Shown in pieces: positions 63,589 to 64,000 of a stretch of DNA of 64,000 nt (position 1 is its first letter; every line of letters starts with the position of its first letter). The translations under genes were made by a program, and so were the position numbers. The notes under the pieces are model-generated. The model ran no database searches, was not told the DNA's origin, and saw nothing but the letters and a program-made list of their open reading frames with translations. Location: positions 62,001 to 126,000 of the IMG/VR virus record IMGVR_UViG_3300043426_000266; one strand, given 5' to 3'.

Positions 63589-64000
63589 ATGAAACTTGTA
63601 TTTCCAAACGTAAATGATCCAAAATTCATTGACTTTATTTATCAAGAAGAGTTACTGGATGTATGTATTCAAAGAGCCAAAAATGAACTGGGTATGGATA
63701 CTGAAATTAATTTGATTGATTTCTTTTTAAAGTGCGGTAAAGAAAATCGAATTACTCAACCATTAAAACTTCACCAATTCATAACACGATTCCCGGTGGC
63801 AGATGTAAACGAATCCATACTGTATGAAACAGTCAAAATTTGGCATGTTGCTCTCGGTCATGCTGCGTTGGTACAAACAGAGTATGAATTGGGTCTTAAG
63901 TTTTTCGAAACTGTTGTACTTCGTCGATTTAGGGTTTTAAACGATGATATCAAATATCATGTTTTAATCGGGCGTGTTAAACTTGGTGATTTAGCAGATC
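63589..64000 (+). CDS. hypothetical protein, truncated by window end
   Basis: MKLVFPNVNDPKFIDF..., open for 137 codons to the window edge. Confidence 0.7.
   Translation, partial: MKLVFPNVNDPKFIDFIYQEELLDVCIQRAKNELGMDTEINLIDFFLKCGKENRITQPLKLHQFITRFPVADVNESILYETVKIWHVALGHAALVQTEYELGLKFFETVVLRRFRVLNDDIKYHVLIGRVKLGDLAD

Noticed and set aside
1-64000. Stop-codon reassignment
   Set aside because: Long core genes translate intact in the standard code and use TAA, TAG and TGA as stops.

Overview
This window is 64 kb of an AT-rich phiKZ-like jumbo myophage genome (Chimalliviridae-type). An Acinetobacter host is a weak inference, resting on a holin-like ORF and a secreted protein that resemble Acinetobacter phage or host proteins as I recall them. 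The core virion and replication blocks are recognisable: RNase H, UvsX/RecA, the split virion RNA polymerase (beta C-terminal, beta N-terminal, and beta' with the DFDGD motif), prohead protease, a 2961-aa tail lysin/tape-measure-like protein, a baseplate-hub-like protein, tail tube, tail sheath and large terminase. Accessory islands are interleaved among them. Each starts at a 22-nt AT-rich early-promoter motif (11 copies, all on +), and many end in palindromic terminators. phiKZ gp numbers come from motif recognition plus recalled synteny, not database searches. The most novel-looking signals are: (1) a 56-nt element present twice, 31 kb apart, with identical spacing and compensatory base changes that support an H-type pseudoknot; (2) a 500-bp non-coding hairpin cluster downstream of the terminase operon; (3) a tail lysin with three different peptidoglycan hydrolase domains joined by duplicated linkers; (4) a CYTH enzyme with a head-protease propeptide motif; (5) a HAD-like/MazG-like fusion. 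I found no tRNA, CRISPR array, intron or intein.
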